A stretch of DNA of 64,000 nucleotides, taken from Selaginella moellendorffii (Eukaryota > Plantae > Lycopodiophyta). Numbering within the stretch: position 1 is the stretch's first letter; every line of letters begins with the position of its first letter. The stretch covers positions 118,417 to 182,416 of the forward strand of contig NW_003314281.1 of assembly GCF_000143415.4 (NCBI RefSeq), read 5' to 3'. This document shows positions 48,663 to 58,897 of this stretch, in pieces. Below the pieces are notes generated by a model. It did no database searches. It was not told the origin of the DNA and was given only the letters and a program-made list of their open reading frames with translations. The translations under genes were made by a program, and so were the position numbers.

Positions 48663-50600
48663 ATGCTATCTGCAAAGCCACTCAGGTACTGTCCACCGCC
48701 ACACGACATTCATTACTACGTCCAACTCGTGAGATCGTGCACCGAGTGCAAGGATCTTCAACAGGGCAGGCAGGCCCATCAACTGATTCTCAAGAGTTTG
48801 CACTACGACAGCGTCTTCCTCGCAAACCTCCTCATCAACATGTTCGGAAAATGCGGCAGCGTTGCCGAAGCTCGCAAGATCTACGACAAAGTCGAGGACC
48901 CAGGCGTTCACGGCAACACGATTATGCTCACGGCCTATACCCAGAACGGGTATCTCCGGGAGGCCAAGGAGATGTTCGACTCGATGCGAGACAAGGGGGT
49001 GGTGTCCTGGACCAGCATGGTCAGTGGCTTCGCTGAACACTCTCGACTCCGGGAAGCCAGCGATTTCTTCGACAAGATGCCGCAGTGGAACGTGGTGACC
49101 TGGAACGCTCTCTTGACTGGATATGCCCGTCACGGGCATCTCGACGAGGCGTGCTCGATGTTCCAAGTCATGCCGCAGCTCAACCTCACCTCCTGGACAA
49201 CCGTCGTCTCCTCGCTGTGTCAACACGGCCGGCTCGACGAAGCAAGGATACTGTTCGAGAGGATCCCCCAATGGAACACACTCTCGTGGAACTACATGAT
49301 CCAGGGGTATGCCAAGGGACGGAGGCTGGAAGACGCAAAGCAGCTCTTCGATCGAATGCCATACAGGGATGCGGCATCGTGGACAGCCATCATTGCGGAA
49401 TACGCACAGAACGCGCATTTGGACTCGGCTGGCAGGATGTTTGCGAGGATGCCGAGCCAGAACGTAGTGACTTGGAACGTCATGCTGGTGGCTTATGCCC
49501 AGAACGGACATCTCGAGAAAGCGAGCAGCTTGTTTTGGAGCATGCCGGAGCGGGATATCGTCTCCTGGACTGCAGCACTTCAAGGCTTTGGGGAACAGGG
49601 ATACGTCGAGACCGCGACCAAGATGTTCCAAGCCATGCCGCTCAGGGACACCATAGCTTGGAGTGCTGTGATGCAAGCTCTTGGAGAGAACGGCCACCTC
49701 GAGGAAGCCAAGCGCTTGTTCGACTCCATGCCGGAGCCGGACTCGGTGGCCTGGACGTGCATGATTCGAGCCTACGGGATGAACGAAGATGTCCAGACGG
49801 CCAAACGACTCTTCGACACAATGCCGTGCCGGACAGCTCCTGCGTGGTCGGTGCTCCTCACTGCCTTTGCTGAGAACGGTCACTTTGATGGAGCGAAGTC
49901 ACTCTTCAATAAGTTCCCGGCCAGGACGGTATGGATCTGGAACTCCATCCTGTTCCTCAACGCTCAGAAGGGTCGCGTCGACACCGCCAGGGAGTACTTG
50001 CTTTACGATCTGCCGGAGGTGGACGTGGTCTCGTGGAACATGATAATCCACGGATATGCACAGAGCGGGCAAGGGGACTGTGGAATGCTCGTCTTCCAGG
50101 CGATGGTGCTGGACGGGACGAGGCCGGACAACGTAACTTTCACGGGGGTGCTACTTACATGCAACCACGTCGGTTTGCTCTCTCAAGGCGAGGTGATGTT
50201 CGTGTCCATGGTCGAGGACCACGGCTTGGTCCCCGGGGTGGAGCATTTCAATCTCCTCATCGACAACCTCGGACGGTGTGGCCAGCTCCAGAGAGCCGAG
50301 GACGTTCTCCACACCATGCCTTACGAGGCCGACCCGCTGACTTGGACGACGTTCCTCAACCTTTGCAAGGTCCATGGCGACTTAAAGAGAGCCGAGCTTG
50401 CTGCCGAGAGAGTGGTGAAGCTCCAGCCCGAGAGCTCCGCGCCTTACGTGCTACTCTACAACATCTACGCTGTCCCGGACGAGAAGAGAAAGCATGGCTT
50501 GCTCTCGAGGCTGTCACGCAAGCAGCGGAGCAAGATCAGTGCCGGCTCTCGACTGCACGACTCTGGACCAAGAGAAAGGAGTCTTGGCGACATTTCTTGA
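48663..50600 (+). CDS. PLS-class PPR protein with E domain, no DYW; putative organellar RNA editing factor
   Basis: Tandem ~31 aa repeats (FDxMPxxxxxSWxxM); HF..LIDNLGRCGQL and W..FLNLCKVHGD...YVLLYNIYA E motifs; intronless 645 aa. Confidence 0.92.
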   Translation: MLSAKPLRYCPPPHDIHYYVQLVRSCTECKDLQQGRQAHQLILKSLHYDSVFLANLLINMFGKCGSVAEARKIYDKVEDPGVHGNTIMLTAYTQNGYLREAKEMFDSMRDKGVVSWTSMVSGFAEHSRLREASDFFDKMPQWNVVTWNALLTGYARHGHLDEACSMFQVMPQLNLTSWTTVVSSLCQHGRLDEARILFERIPQWNTLSWNYMIQGYAKGRRLEDAKQLFDRMPYRDAASWTAIIAEYAQNAHLDSAGRMFARMPSQNVVTWNVMLVAYAQNGHLEKASSLFWSMPERDIVSWTAALQGFGEQGYVETATKMFQAMPLRDTIAWSAVMQALGENGHLEEAKRLFDSMPEPDSVAWTCMIRAYGMNEDVQTAKRLFDTMPCRTAPAWSVLLTAFAENGHFDGAKSLFNKFPARTVWIWNSILFLNAQKGRVDTAREYLLYDLPEVDVVSWNMIIHGYAQSGQGDCGMLVFQAMVLDGTRPDNVTFTGVLLTCNHVGLLSQGEVMFVSMVEDHGLVPGVEHFNLLIDNLGRCGQLQRAEDVLHTMPYEADPLTWTTFLNLCKVHGDLKRAELAAERVVKLQPESSAPYVLLYNIYAVPDEKRKHGLLSRLSRKQRSKISAGSRLHDSGPRERSLGDIS

Positions 50601-51056
50601 GAGGTGATGCTCGTCATGGAGATTCAAGCTGACGAACAGTGGTCAACCAGTGTGAGTAGAAACTTTCTTTCATGAACTGCGTTTAAACTGTCCTTTGATA
50701 TTTGTTTCAGCTGCGCCGATTCGTGATGATAAAGACCGAACACCCGTAAGCGTTTACGCAAGAAATCACGGTGTTCTACTGATACGTGCTTGCGTGTTCT
50801 AGGTGGAAGAGCTTTTACGCGAACGATTAAAAGTACGACATATAGCTTATTAGCAACTGAGAGAGTGACCAAAAACCACAAAAATGAGCAACAAGATCAA
50901 GCTGCTCCAAGAATCAAAATGGAGCGAGCCACTACCAAAACCAAAACTAGACGTACAAGCAATTCAACTTGCCTGCCTGCCTGGTAAGAGTTCCTCTTAT
51001 TTTTCTTTTCTTAGCGAACCTGATCGCTCTTCTTCGTCTCCCGTGCTTGCTTGCTT

Positions 51057-52532
51057 TCAGATGAGCGCCCGGAGGTTGGTGCTGTGCTTGGCCAGCTTGT
51101 GCCACTCAGTGTGGAAGGAGCCGCTCATATCCACTCGCTCGTAAGTGTGCGCACCGAAGTAGTCGCGCTGGGCCTGGACGAGATTGGCCGGAAGTCTCCC
51201 TCGACGGTAAGTATCGAAGTAAGCCAAGCTCGCAGTCATGCCAGGAGTACTAATCCCCGCACTCACAGCCAGGCTCACCACTCTCCTCCACGCCGCCTGC
51301 CGCTCCACCATCTCCTTCGCAAACTCAGGATCGATCAACAAGCTCGCCAGGTTCGAGTTCCGATCGTACGCCTTCTTGATCCGGTCCAGGAACACGGCCC
51401 GGATGATACAGCCACCTTTCCAGATCCTGGCAAGCTCGCCCAAGTCGAGCTTCCACCCCTGCTCCAGGCTCTTGGCTCGCAGCAGATTCATCCCCTGCGC
51501 ATAGCTGCAGATCTTGGACGCGTACAGCGCCTTCCTCACATCATCAACCAGCTGCTTCTTGTCCACCGCGACGTGGTTGAGCACATCGGGCAGCCCAGCC
51601 TCGGCAAAGATAGCAGCGGCAGCAACGCGCTCCTCCTTGAGCCCGCTCAAGAACCGCGAGTCGAGCGACGCAGCTATGGTGGGAGCCGCGATGGAGAGCT
51701 CGGCAGCCTGCTGGACAGTCCACTTCCCAGTGCCTTTCATCCCAGTCTTGTCCAAGATCTTGTCAACGAGGTCGCCACCAGCCTTGTCATCCTTGACGGA
51801 GAAGATGTCCGCGGTGATCTCCACCAGGAAGCTCTCGAGCTCGCCACGGTTCCACTCCGCGAAAACTTGGTGGAGCTCCTCGTTGGTGAGGCCGCCGACC
51901 GACTTGAGGACGTCGTAGGCCTCGGAGATGAGCTGCATGTCGCCATACTCGATCCCATTGTGGACCATCTTGACGAAGTTCCCAGCTCCGCCGGGGCCGA
52001 CGTAGGTGACGCACGGACCATCGTCTACCTGGGCCGCGATCTTCTTGACGACGTCCTCGACGTAGCGGTAGGCCTCGGGCGTCCCTCCAGGCATGAGAGA
52101 CGGGCCATGGCGGGCGCCCTCCTCGCCACCGGAGACTCCCATCCCCAGGTAGAGGAGACCCTTCTCCTTGGCGGCGGCGATCCTCCTCTCGGTGTTCTCG
52201 TACCACTCGTTGCCGCCGTCGATGATGCAGTCGCCGGGCTCCATGAACTGGGCGAGCGTGGCAATGGTCTGATCCACCGGGGCGCCGGCCTTGACGAGGA
52301 TGATCACGGATCGGGGGCGCTGGATGGAGAGGACGAAGTCCTGCGGGTTGCGGTAGCCGGCGAGGGGGAGATTTCCCTCCGCCTTGGCGCGCTCCACGGT
52401 CTCGTCCACCTTGCTGGCGGTGCGATTGTAGACGGAGATGGGGAAGCCCTTCTCGCCGATGTTGAGCGCCAGATTCTGGCCCATGACGGCCAGGCCGGCC
52501 AGGCCGATGCGCGACAGAGCTGTGGCGTCCAT
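51057..52532 (-). CDS. PGD: 6-phosphogluconate dehydrogenase (decarboxylating), 491 aa, intronless CDS
   Basis: IGLAGLAVMGQNLALN, IIDGGNEWY, GVSGGEEGAR, GNFVKMVHNGIEYGDMQLI, KGTGKWT, QAQRDYFGAHTYER. Confidence 0.97.
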   Translation of the reverse strand: MDATALSRIGLAGLAVMGQNLALNIGEKGFPISVYNRTASKVDETVERAKAEGNLPLAGYRNPQDFVLSIQRPRSVIILVKAGAPVDQTIATLAQFMEPGDCIIDGGNEWYENTERRIAAAKEKGLLYLGMGVSGGEEGARHGPSLMPGGTPEAYRYVEDVVKKIAAQVDDGPCVTYVGPGGAGNFVKMVHNGIEYGDMQLISEAYDVLKSVGGLTNEELHQVFAEWNRGELESFLVEITADIFSVKDDKAGGDLVDKILDKTGMKGTGKWTVQQAAELSIAAPTIAASLDSRFLSGLKEERVAAAAIFAEAGLPDVLNHVAVDKKQLVDDVRKALYASKICSYAQGMNLLRAKSLEQGWKLDLGELARIWKGGCIIRAVFLDRIKKAYDRNSNLASLLIDPEFAKEMVERQAAWRRVVSLAVSAGISTPGMTASLAYFDTYRRGRLPANLVQAQRDYFGAHTYERVDMSGSFHTEWHKLAKHSTNLRALI

Positions 52533-53533
52533 GCTCGCTTGCGCTTGCGCCTGGGAGGAGATCGATGAGGGAGAGGAGCTCTGGAGCTCTGGGAGAGCTT
52601 TACTTACCAGACGGTCCTGTAGAACCCTAGGTGTTCCTCCTCGGTGGCTCCTCACACACACGAAAATGTAGACCTCAGGCGCTCTATAATCCACACGTTT
52701 AATTAGGACTAATTTCATGTAACAGAAAGTTGTATATACATTAGTTTATCATTTATAAAGTTTTGTTATTAAAGTTTTGCTTGGCTTGTGCTCTTCTTTG
52801 AAGGCCATGCCATCCTTTGGTGCTCCGAAGTATGTATCATTAATAAATAAAATGAGATGCTTTCTATTTATTTGTAACATATATTGTGATTTTGTAAAAA
52901 AAAATGCTTATAGTAATTTATTCTGTTGTTAACACAATAACCTAAAATACAAAATTATATGGAGAGAAGTTTTATAATAGTTTTTTCTTTAAGAATCTTT
53001 TCTAGTTTCTTTTAATTGTTTAGATTTTCTTAATGGTTTAAATTATATAGTGAAATCCTAACAACTTTATAATTATTTTTTTTGTTAATGTGTTATTATG
53101 CATATAAAAAAAGTAAAGTTTAAATTAATAGATGTAGTCTTTATTATAGTTTGAAGATAGTATATAAAAGTTCTTTTCATTTTGAATGAAAAGAAATCTT
53201 AAATATTCATAAAGAAATATTCAATCTTTTTTATAAAGAAAACAAATTACTTCTACTACAGCTTTATGATTCAATAAACATCTTAATCTTTAGCAAAATA
53301 ATGAATTAACGTCTTCACAACATTTGTTTTCTGTTATATTTAAAAGATATGATAATAATCTTTTATTATATTAATTTTTTACTTTTGTTATTTTTATTTT
53401 ACCATTTCATGCTTAATGAAGATATATTTTTAGAAATTCTAATTAAATATCTTAGTACTACTAAAATTGAAAATAAAAATAAAAAGCTTGTATGAAACAA
53501 CACACTCATTTGAATAGCTGCAAAGCTTCCTGG

Positions 53534-54297
53534 CTAGAACTCGTTGACGCGTATGTGGCGTCTTAGTTCCTTGTGATGGATGAAGCTCACCACCAAGTCC
53601 TCGAGCTTGGAAGGAGACGATCCGATGAGCTTTCCCACCACATCTCCTCCCTTGTAGAAATAAAAGGTTGGCTACACACAAGCCAGGCAAAGGAACGATT
53701 TGAAGCTCAAAAATGCGACAAGAGAGGAAACATTACCAGTCGTGATGTGTCTATTTGCCCCACAATCTCTTGGATTCCCTCCTGTCAAACAAAGAGATCG
53801 ACGTTGAGATGTGCATGAAATCTTGTCTTCCATTGTTTTGATACCTCTTCCACCTCGAGCCTCAAAAATGTCACCTCTGAATTTCTCTTGGCTATTTTGT
53901 ACACAGCGTCCTCGGATTCCTGGCCTAGACACACAAGCGGATCTCAATCTTGAGAGAAAGAAAGAGGCACTTACATGAATTGGAACGCTCCTCCGACGTG
54001 AAGAACACAACGCCGAAGGAGATCGGAGCTAGGCAGAGGAAAAATGGAGAAGAGAAAAATCACTTCATTGGCATTGGCAATGAATGAGAGGAGGACTTAC
54101 TCGCTTTGATTTTGTGTAGCAAGTGCTTGTAGTCGTCCGCCGTGGTAACATCGATGATCCGGGGATGCCACCGCTCCCTGGATCCTGAATCCAAAAATGT
54201 AGCTCTGGAGAGAAACCTCTGGCTTACCTCGCGGAGGAGCGCTGCCGGGAAGGCCAGTCGAAGTGAGGCGCTCCACGACCTTTCTCCGGAACGCCAT
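53534..54297 (-). CDS. Atypical thioredoxin (Trx-o-like), about 156 aa, 6 exons; absent from the ORF track
   Basis: Exons 54297-54228, 54184-54101, 54028-53975, 53924-53845, 53781-53737 and 53671-53534 (all GT-AG) give ...IIDVTTADDYKHLLHKIKATPISFGVVFFTSEERSNSCQESEDAVYKIAKRNSEVTFLRLEVEEEGIQEIVGQIDTSRLPTFYFYKGGDVVGKLIGSSPSKLEDLV... Exon 1 is less certain. Confidence 0.82.
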
Positions 54298-54343
54298 AAA
54301 CCCTAGATACGTCGTCGAGGGGCTCGGCTTGCCAATGGAGTAA

Positions 54344-56026
54344 TTAATTTGTGAGAGCGTTTGCTACTATTACATACGCTGCGGGGTCCCTATGATCGAA
54401 TTCTATAGCCTCCTTTGCGCCATACTTTACAAATTCTTTCCACCTCGCCTTGCAAGCTCCCAAGAAACACCTCATTTCGAGCGCATCTGGCACAAATGGC
54501 ATTGTTTCCATTAGATCTCTCGCTTCTCCGAGTCGTCCACTCCTGCCCAAGAGATCAAGCACGCAGCAGTAGTGCTGCTTGGTGGGAGCAATCCCATAAT
54601 CAAATGCCATCGAGACAAAGCAATCTCTTGCCTCCCGTGTCTTGCCTGCGTGGGTTTTAGCAATTAAAAGAGACAGGAAGCTCACTCCATCCGGGAACTC
54701 CACCATCACCATCGCATTGTAGAGATCAATCGCGCTCGACGAATGACCACTCTGGGCATACGCTGCAATCATGGCCGTCCACGCGACCAGATCCGCCTCA
54801 GGCATTCTGTCAAAGGTCTGTCTGGCACCGTCCACGTGGCCAGCGTAGACAAAGGCAGCGACCATGGCCGTCGATGCCGCCACATTCCGTTCCGGAATCT
54901 GTTCGTACAGCGTTTGCGCATCGCCCAGATGCCCATACCGGGCAAATGCCAGAACCATTGTTAGCGACGATGTTTGGTTGTGCTCCGGCATCCAGTCCAT
55001 CGCTCTCACGGCATTTTCCAAATCCCCGGCATGACTGTACGCAGATAACAAGGCTGTGCACGAGGCCATGCTCCTTTCTTTCATGCTGTCGTACACAGAT
55101 TTGGCCCGTGCTACGGCTCCGTATTCAGCATATGCCGTGATCATGGCTGTGGAGGATTCCAAATCCCACTCGGGCATTGACTCATACAAGGTGGCTGCCT
55201 GGTGCAAATCTCCACTGCGGACGTGGGCGTTTATGATTGCTGTCCATGAAACTATGTTCTTCTGGGGCATCATTTGGAAGATTCTATTTGCTTTGTGGAG
55301 CTTATCAGTTTGAGACAGAGAAGCCAGCATCGTCGTTGAAGATACCAAGTCCCACTCGGGCATCTTATGAAAGAAGTTCCAGACTTGTTCCGGATGCCCA
55401 AGAGTGGCAATTGCCGAGTGCATCGCACTCCAGAGTTTCAAATCTCTTTCTGGCAGAGAATCGAACATATCAAAGCACTTATCGAGACAGCCGTGGCTTT
55501 TGTAAGCTACAAGAAGCGCATTAACGGAGACCGCGCCCCATTCAGGCATTTCGTAAAGAATTTGAAGAACATCATCTAGATGCCCGTAATGGGCATGCGC
55601 TAAAAGCATCGAGTTCCACGCTACAATATCCCATTCTGGCATTCTGTAAAACAAATCAGCCGCATCGATCAGAAAGCCCTTCTCGGAGAACAAAACCAAC
55701 ATCACCGTCCAAGAGATCTTGTCCCTCTCAACCATCACGTCAAACAGCCGCTTTGCCTCCCGCAGATGCCCGTTCCGAGCATATGCTGTCAGCATGAGAT
55801 TCCAAGAGAAGGAATCTTTGTACGGCAGCCCGTCAAACACCCGCCTAGCATCGCTTGCGCTCCCGCACCGGCCGTACATCTCAACTAACTTGTTGGCGAC
55901 GAAAACGTCACAGCCCGTCACTAGTGTAACCCGGGCATGGATTTTTTTTGCCTCGCACAGAGTCTTACAAGACCGCACAAGCGCCACACACTGCTTGCGG
56001 TCCATCAAAGTCAACACAAGAGTCAA
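54344..56026 (-). CDS. PLS-class PPR protein with degenerate/short E domain (start may be 56005)
   Basis: Repeats of MPEW/RDxVxW; HYCCVLDLLGRSGRL...MPFVPD; intronless. Confidence 0.9.
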   Translation of the reverse strand: MTLVLTLMDRKQCVALVRSCKTLCEAKKIHARVTLVTGCDVFVANKLVEMYGRCGSASDARRVFDGLPYKDSFSWNLMLTAYARNGHLREAKRLFDVMVERDKISWTVMLVLFSEKGFLIDAADLFYRMPEWDIVAWNSMLLAHAHYGHLDDVLQILYEMPEWGAVSVNALLVAYKSHGCLDKCFDMFDSLPERDLKLWSAMHSAIATLGHPEQVWNFFHKMPEWDLVSSTTMLASLSQTDKLHKANRIFQMMPQKNIVSWTAIINAHVRSGDLHQAATLYESMPEWDLESSTAMITAYAEYGAVARAKSVYDSMKERSMASCTALLSAYSHAGDLENAVRAMDWMPEHNQTSSLTMVLAFARYGHLGDAQTLYEQIPERNVAASTAMVAAFVYAGHVDGARQTFDRMPEADLVAWTAMIAAYAQSGHSSSAIDLYNAMVMVEFPDGVSFLSLLIAKTHAGKTREARDCFVSMAFDYGIAPTKQHYCCVLDLLGRSGRLGEARDLMETMPFVPDALEMRCFLGACKARWKEFVKYGAKEAIEFDHRDPAAYVIVANALTN

Positions 56027-56227
56027 CGTCCATGGAAGTCAACGATGGTCAATTCCGTCATTAGAGAGAAAGAGAAGCTTTGCTACAGTGGTTCCCCATT
56101 CCAAACTCCAAAAGGAATGTGTGTTGATACACAACGAGAGTAAACCCAGGGGGAGAGGGGAGTAAACGAAGAAAAGATGGAGGAGAGAAGAGAAGTAGAA
56201 ATCACAAGAACCTGTGCTTGAGAACTA

Positions 56228-56237
56228 TTACAAAACT

Positions 56238-56272
<35 letters not shown>

Positions 56273-57640
56273 TTGTAGCTCCTGCTGATGCTGGTGTTGT
56301 GCCTGCTGCTGATGATGGTGGTGGTGGTGAAGGTGGTGATGGTGCTGCTGCCGCTGCTGCTGCTGCTGCTGGTGTTGGTGTTGTTGATGTTGATGTTGAT
56401 GCTGTGATGGTTGTAACTGCGGTTGCTGCAATGCTGGCAATGGTTGCAGCTGCGCCGATGGTTGCAACTGCTGCTCATGGTGGCGACGAAAGTTTCGCTT
56501 CTCCTGCTCGTCAAACACCCGCAGCATGATCCGCTCCAGGTGAAGCGGCTGGTTCTCTCCCAGCAGCTGCGGGTTGGCCTCCATCGCCACCTTGAAATCC
56601 AACGCCGAGATCTGCCCAGCAGCGGCAGCACCAGTACCAGCACCAGCACCACCAACAAGCTGTTTCGACTCCACCACTCCTGCCGGGCCTTGCAAGAGGT
56701 GGTGCGAAGATCCACCCCAAACCACACCATTCAGTGCCGCCGCTGCCGACGTTGAGCTCTGGAATCCATGCTGCTGCTTGTCTCCTCCATCTTTCCTCCT
56801 CGACTGTACAAACTCCACGGAAGCTCCGATGATCCGCTTGAGGTAAACGTCGAGCGCCTGGTTGAGTACATGCCCGCACTCGTGGCTCACCCCCTGTAGT
56901 CCCTGCTCCACTATAGCAACTTCTTCCATGCGTCGCCGCATGCCATCTCCATCTGGCAGATCACTTGCTTCCAGGCACTCGTCCTCTATACTATCCCCTA
57001 CTAAAGAATGTGTAAGGTGGTGGTGGTGGTGGTGGTGGTGGTGGTGATGGTGGTGTGGCGGCTGCTTCAACACCGCCGCTCGCTGGGCCGATCCCACACT
57101 TCCCACGCAAAACGGTGTCCCTAGCGGCGCTCGCACCGACCAGGCGTTCCATAATGTACACTCTTGCTGCTGCTCGTCGGCCGCCGCCGCCTCTTCCGCG
57201 GAGAGAGGAGAGGTGGTGGTGGTGGTGATCGCGGCGGCGGCGCCGTCCTCTCTCGGCGAAGCTTTGTCGAGGTGGTGGCCGGGAACGAGACGCGGACGCT
57301 TCAAGGTCTCCTTTGCCTTGCGGATCCCCGTCCTGTTCTTGCGAGGCGACGTGAGGATCGCGGCGGCGGCGGCGGGCAGCGGCGGGAGCGGCGCCTGGGG
57401 GGAGCACACCGCGGCATTGTAGAGGATCGCTCGCACCAGCTGGTTGTGGAGAGCTACGTTCTCCTTGCCGATGGCGAGCACCACTTGGCGGTCGAGCTCG
57501 GTCTTGCTCAGCCGGTGGCTCAAAAATCTGGAAAAAATGCTAAAGTATTGGCTCTCCTTGTCCGGTCCCAGGATCTTGGAGAGCCGGGCTTTGAGCTCCT
57601 GTAAGTTGATACGCGCGGCGGCTGGCTGAGACGCTGGCAT
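56228..57640 (-). CDS. ADA1: SAGA complex subunit ADA1/TADA1-like protein with poly-His and a Q/H-rich tail
   Basis: RINLQELK...LGPDKESQYF...LSKTELD...ENVALHNQLVRAILYNA; RAPLGTPFC; GLQGVSHEC...LNQALDVYLKRII; ISALDFKVAMEANPQLLGE. Confidence 0.88.
56240..56470 (-). repeat. Coding CAG/CAC/CAT trinucleotide repeats (polyQ/H); a further (CAC)n run lies at 57016-57055
   Basis: Visible (ctg)n, (gtg)n and (gttgat)n runs on the plus strand. Confidence 0.9.
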
Positions 57641-58250
57641 CTCATACAAATCCCATCACCTGTCCAATGCTACTGCGATGATCTTCTTCCTCTCCCCCAA
57701 TTGTAATCTATGATCTGCCCAGAAACCTACGCTGTGCGTGCCCGAGCGCGACTAAACCCTAGAGACGATCCCACTAGGGTTGCGACGTAGCGATGGAGCT
57801 GCGAGAGATTTGGAGCTGGGAGAGGGCGGACAAACCTAGCCGGAGCTCCCGCATTGGCCGCCGCCCGGCTACTCTGCCCCGAACTCGCCAGCGCCGGGCG
57901 AGATTCCCGCTCCAGCGATCACCGGCGCGCATTGTCGCAAACCCCAATTCGTCGAGCAGCAGCGGTAGCGATGGCAGCGCGACGATCGATCCTCTCATCA
58001 CACGGCCTTAGCAATTGCGCTGCCCTGGAGCATCGGCGATCGTCTCCATCGAGAGCGTGAAAATCACTCGCACTGCCCGCCAATGCCGGTATGGCGGGCT
58101 ATGGCGAATGCCAAAACCCCAGCTACGCTCCCCCCTCCCTCGCGGGAGATCGCCCGGGCGCTATGGGCGTATCCCACCGGAGATATACGCCGATCGCCCG
58201 GTAAGCATATTCTCCCAGAATTAGGGTTCTTTGTTTTCTTTGGCGAATCT

Positions 58251-58897
58251 ATGGGCGAGAGCTTCTCCGGCGCGGGGGAGTTGGAGACGGCGCTCTACAC
58301 ATTGGAGGATGTGTTGAAGCACTCCACCAGGGACGATTGCTGGATCGTTGTCGATGGCAAGGTGGAGAGATTTGTTCGCTTGGATTGACTTGCCCCTCCC
58401 TCGCTCTTGAATTGATTGATCTTCAGGTCTACGATGTGACGAAGTTCCTGCTGGATCATCCCGGCGGAGATGAGGTGATTATCGCATCGACAGGTCCAGA
58501 CCTTGTTCCTCTTTTTTTTTTTCTTGGTTCTCGAAAGATTTGATTCGATAGACCTGGTTCCTCTTTTTTTTTTTCTTGGTTCTCGAAAGATTTGATTCGA
58601 TATTCTTCGTCCTTTCTAGGCAAGGATGCCACGGATGATTTCGAGAACGTCGGCCACAGCAACAGCGCGCGAGCGATGATGAAGGAATACGTGATCGGGA
58701 GAGCGAACGCGTCCACATTTCCCAGCAAGCCATCGTACTCCTACTCGGGATCTTCGACTCAAGCGGCCCCATCGGCGCCGGATCGTAGCGATCTCCTCAT
58801 CAAGGTGCTCCAATTCGTCGTCCCTTTCTTCATCCTGTGCTTCGCTCTAGCCCTTCGCTACCTCGCCAAGGAGGAAAGAGCACCCAAAGTAGAATAG
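58251..58897 (+). CDS. CB5: Tail-anchored cytochrome b5, 3 exons
   Basis: KHSTRDDCWIVVDGK|VYDVTKFLLDHPGGDEV...|GKDATDDFENVGHS; C-terminal transmembrane segment LLIKVLQFVVPFFILCFALAL. Confidence 0.95.
58505..58602. repeat. ~46 bp tandem duplication inside cytochrome b5 intron 2
   Basis: gttcctc(t)ncttggttctcgaaagatttgattcgata occurs twice. Confidence 0.85.

Noticed and set aside
51051-52568. 505 aa plus-strand ORF, and similar long antisense ORFs over CYP74, the PPRs, the RLK and MurE
   Set aside because: Antisense shadows of GC3-rich coding sequence, with no motifs of their own.
52533-52718. 62 aa N-terminal extension of 6PGD in the ORF track
   Set aside because: Contains a clear GTAAGT...CAG intron (52607-52551) typical of a 5'UTR and is not transit-peptide-like.
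36878-58897. Window-wide redox cluster (PrxII, 6PGD, Trx-like, cytochrome b5)
   Set aside because: The genes are interspersed with unrelated ones and predicted for different compartments; chance is sufficient in a gene-dense genome.
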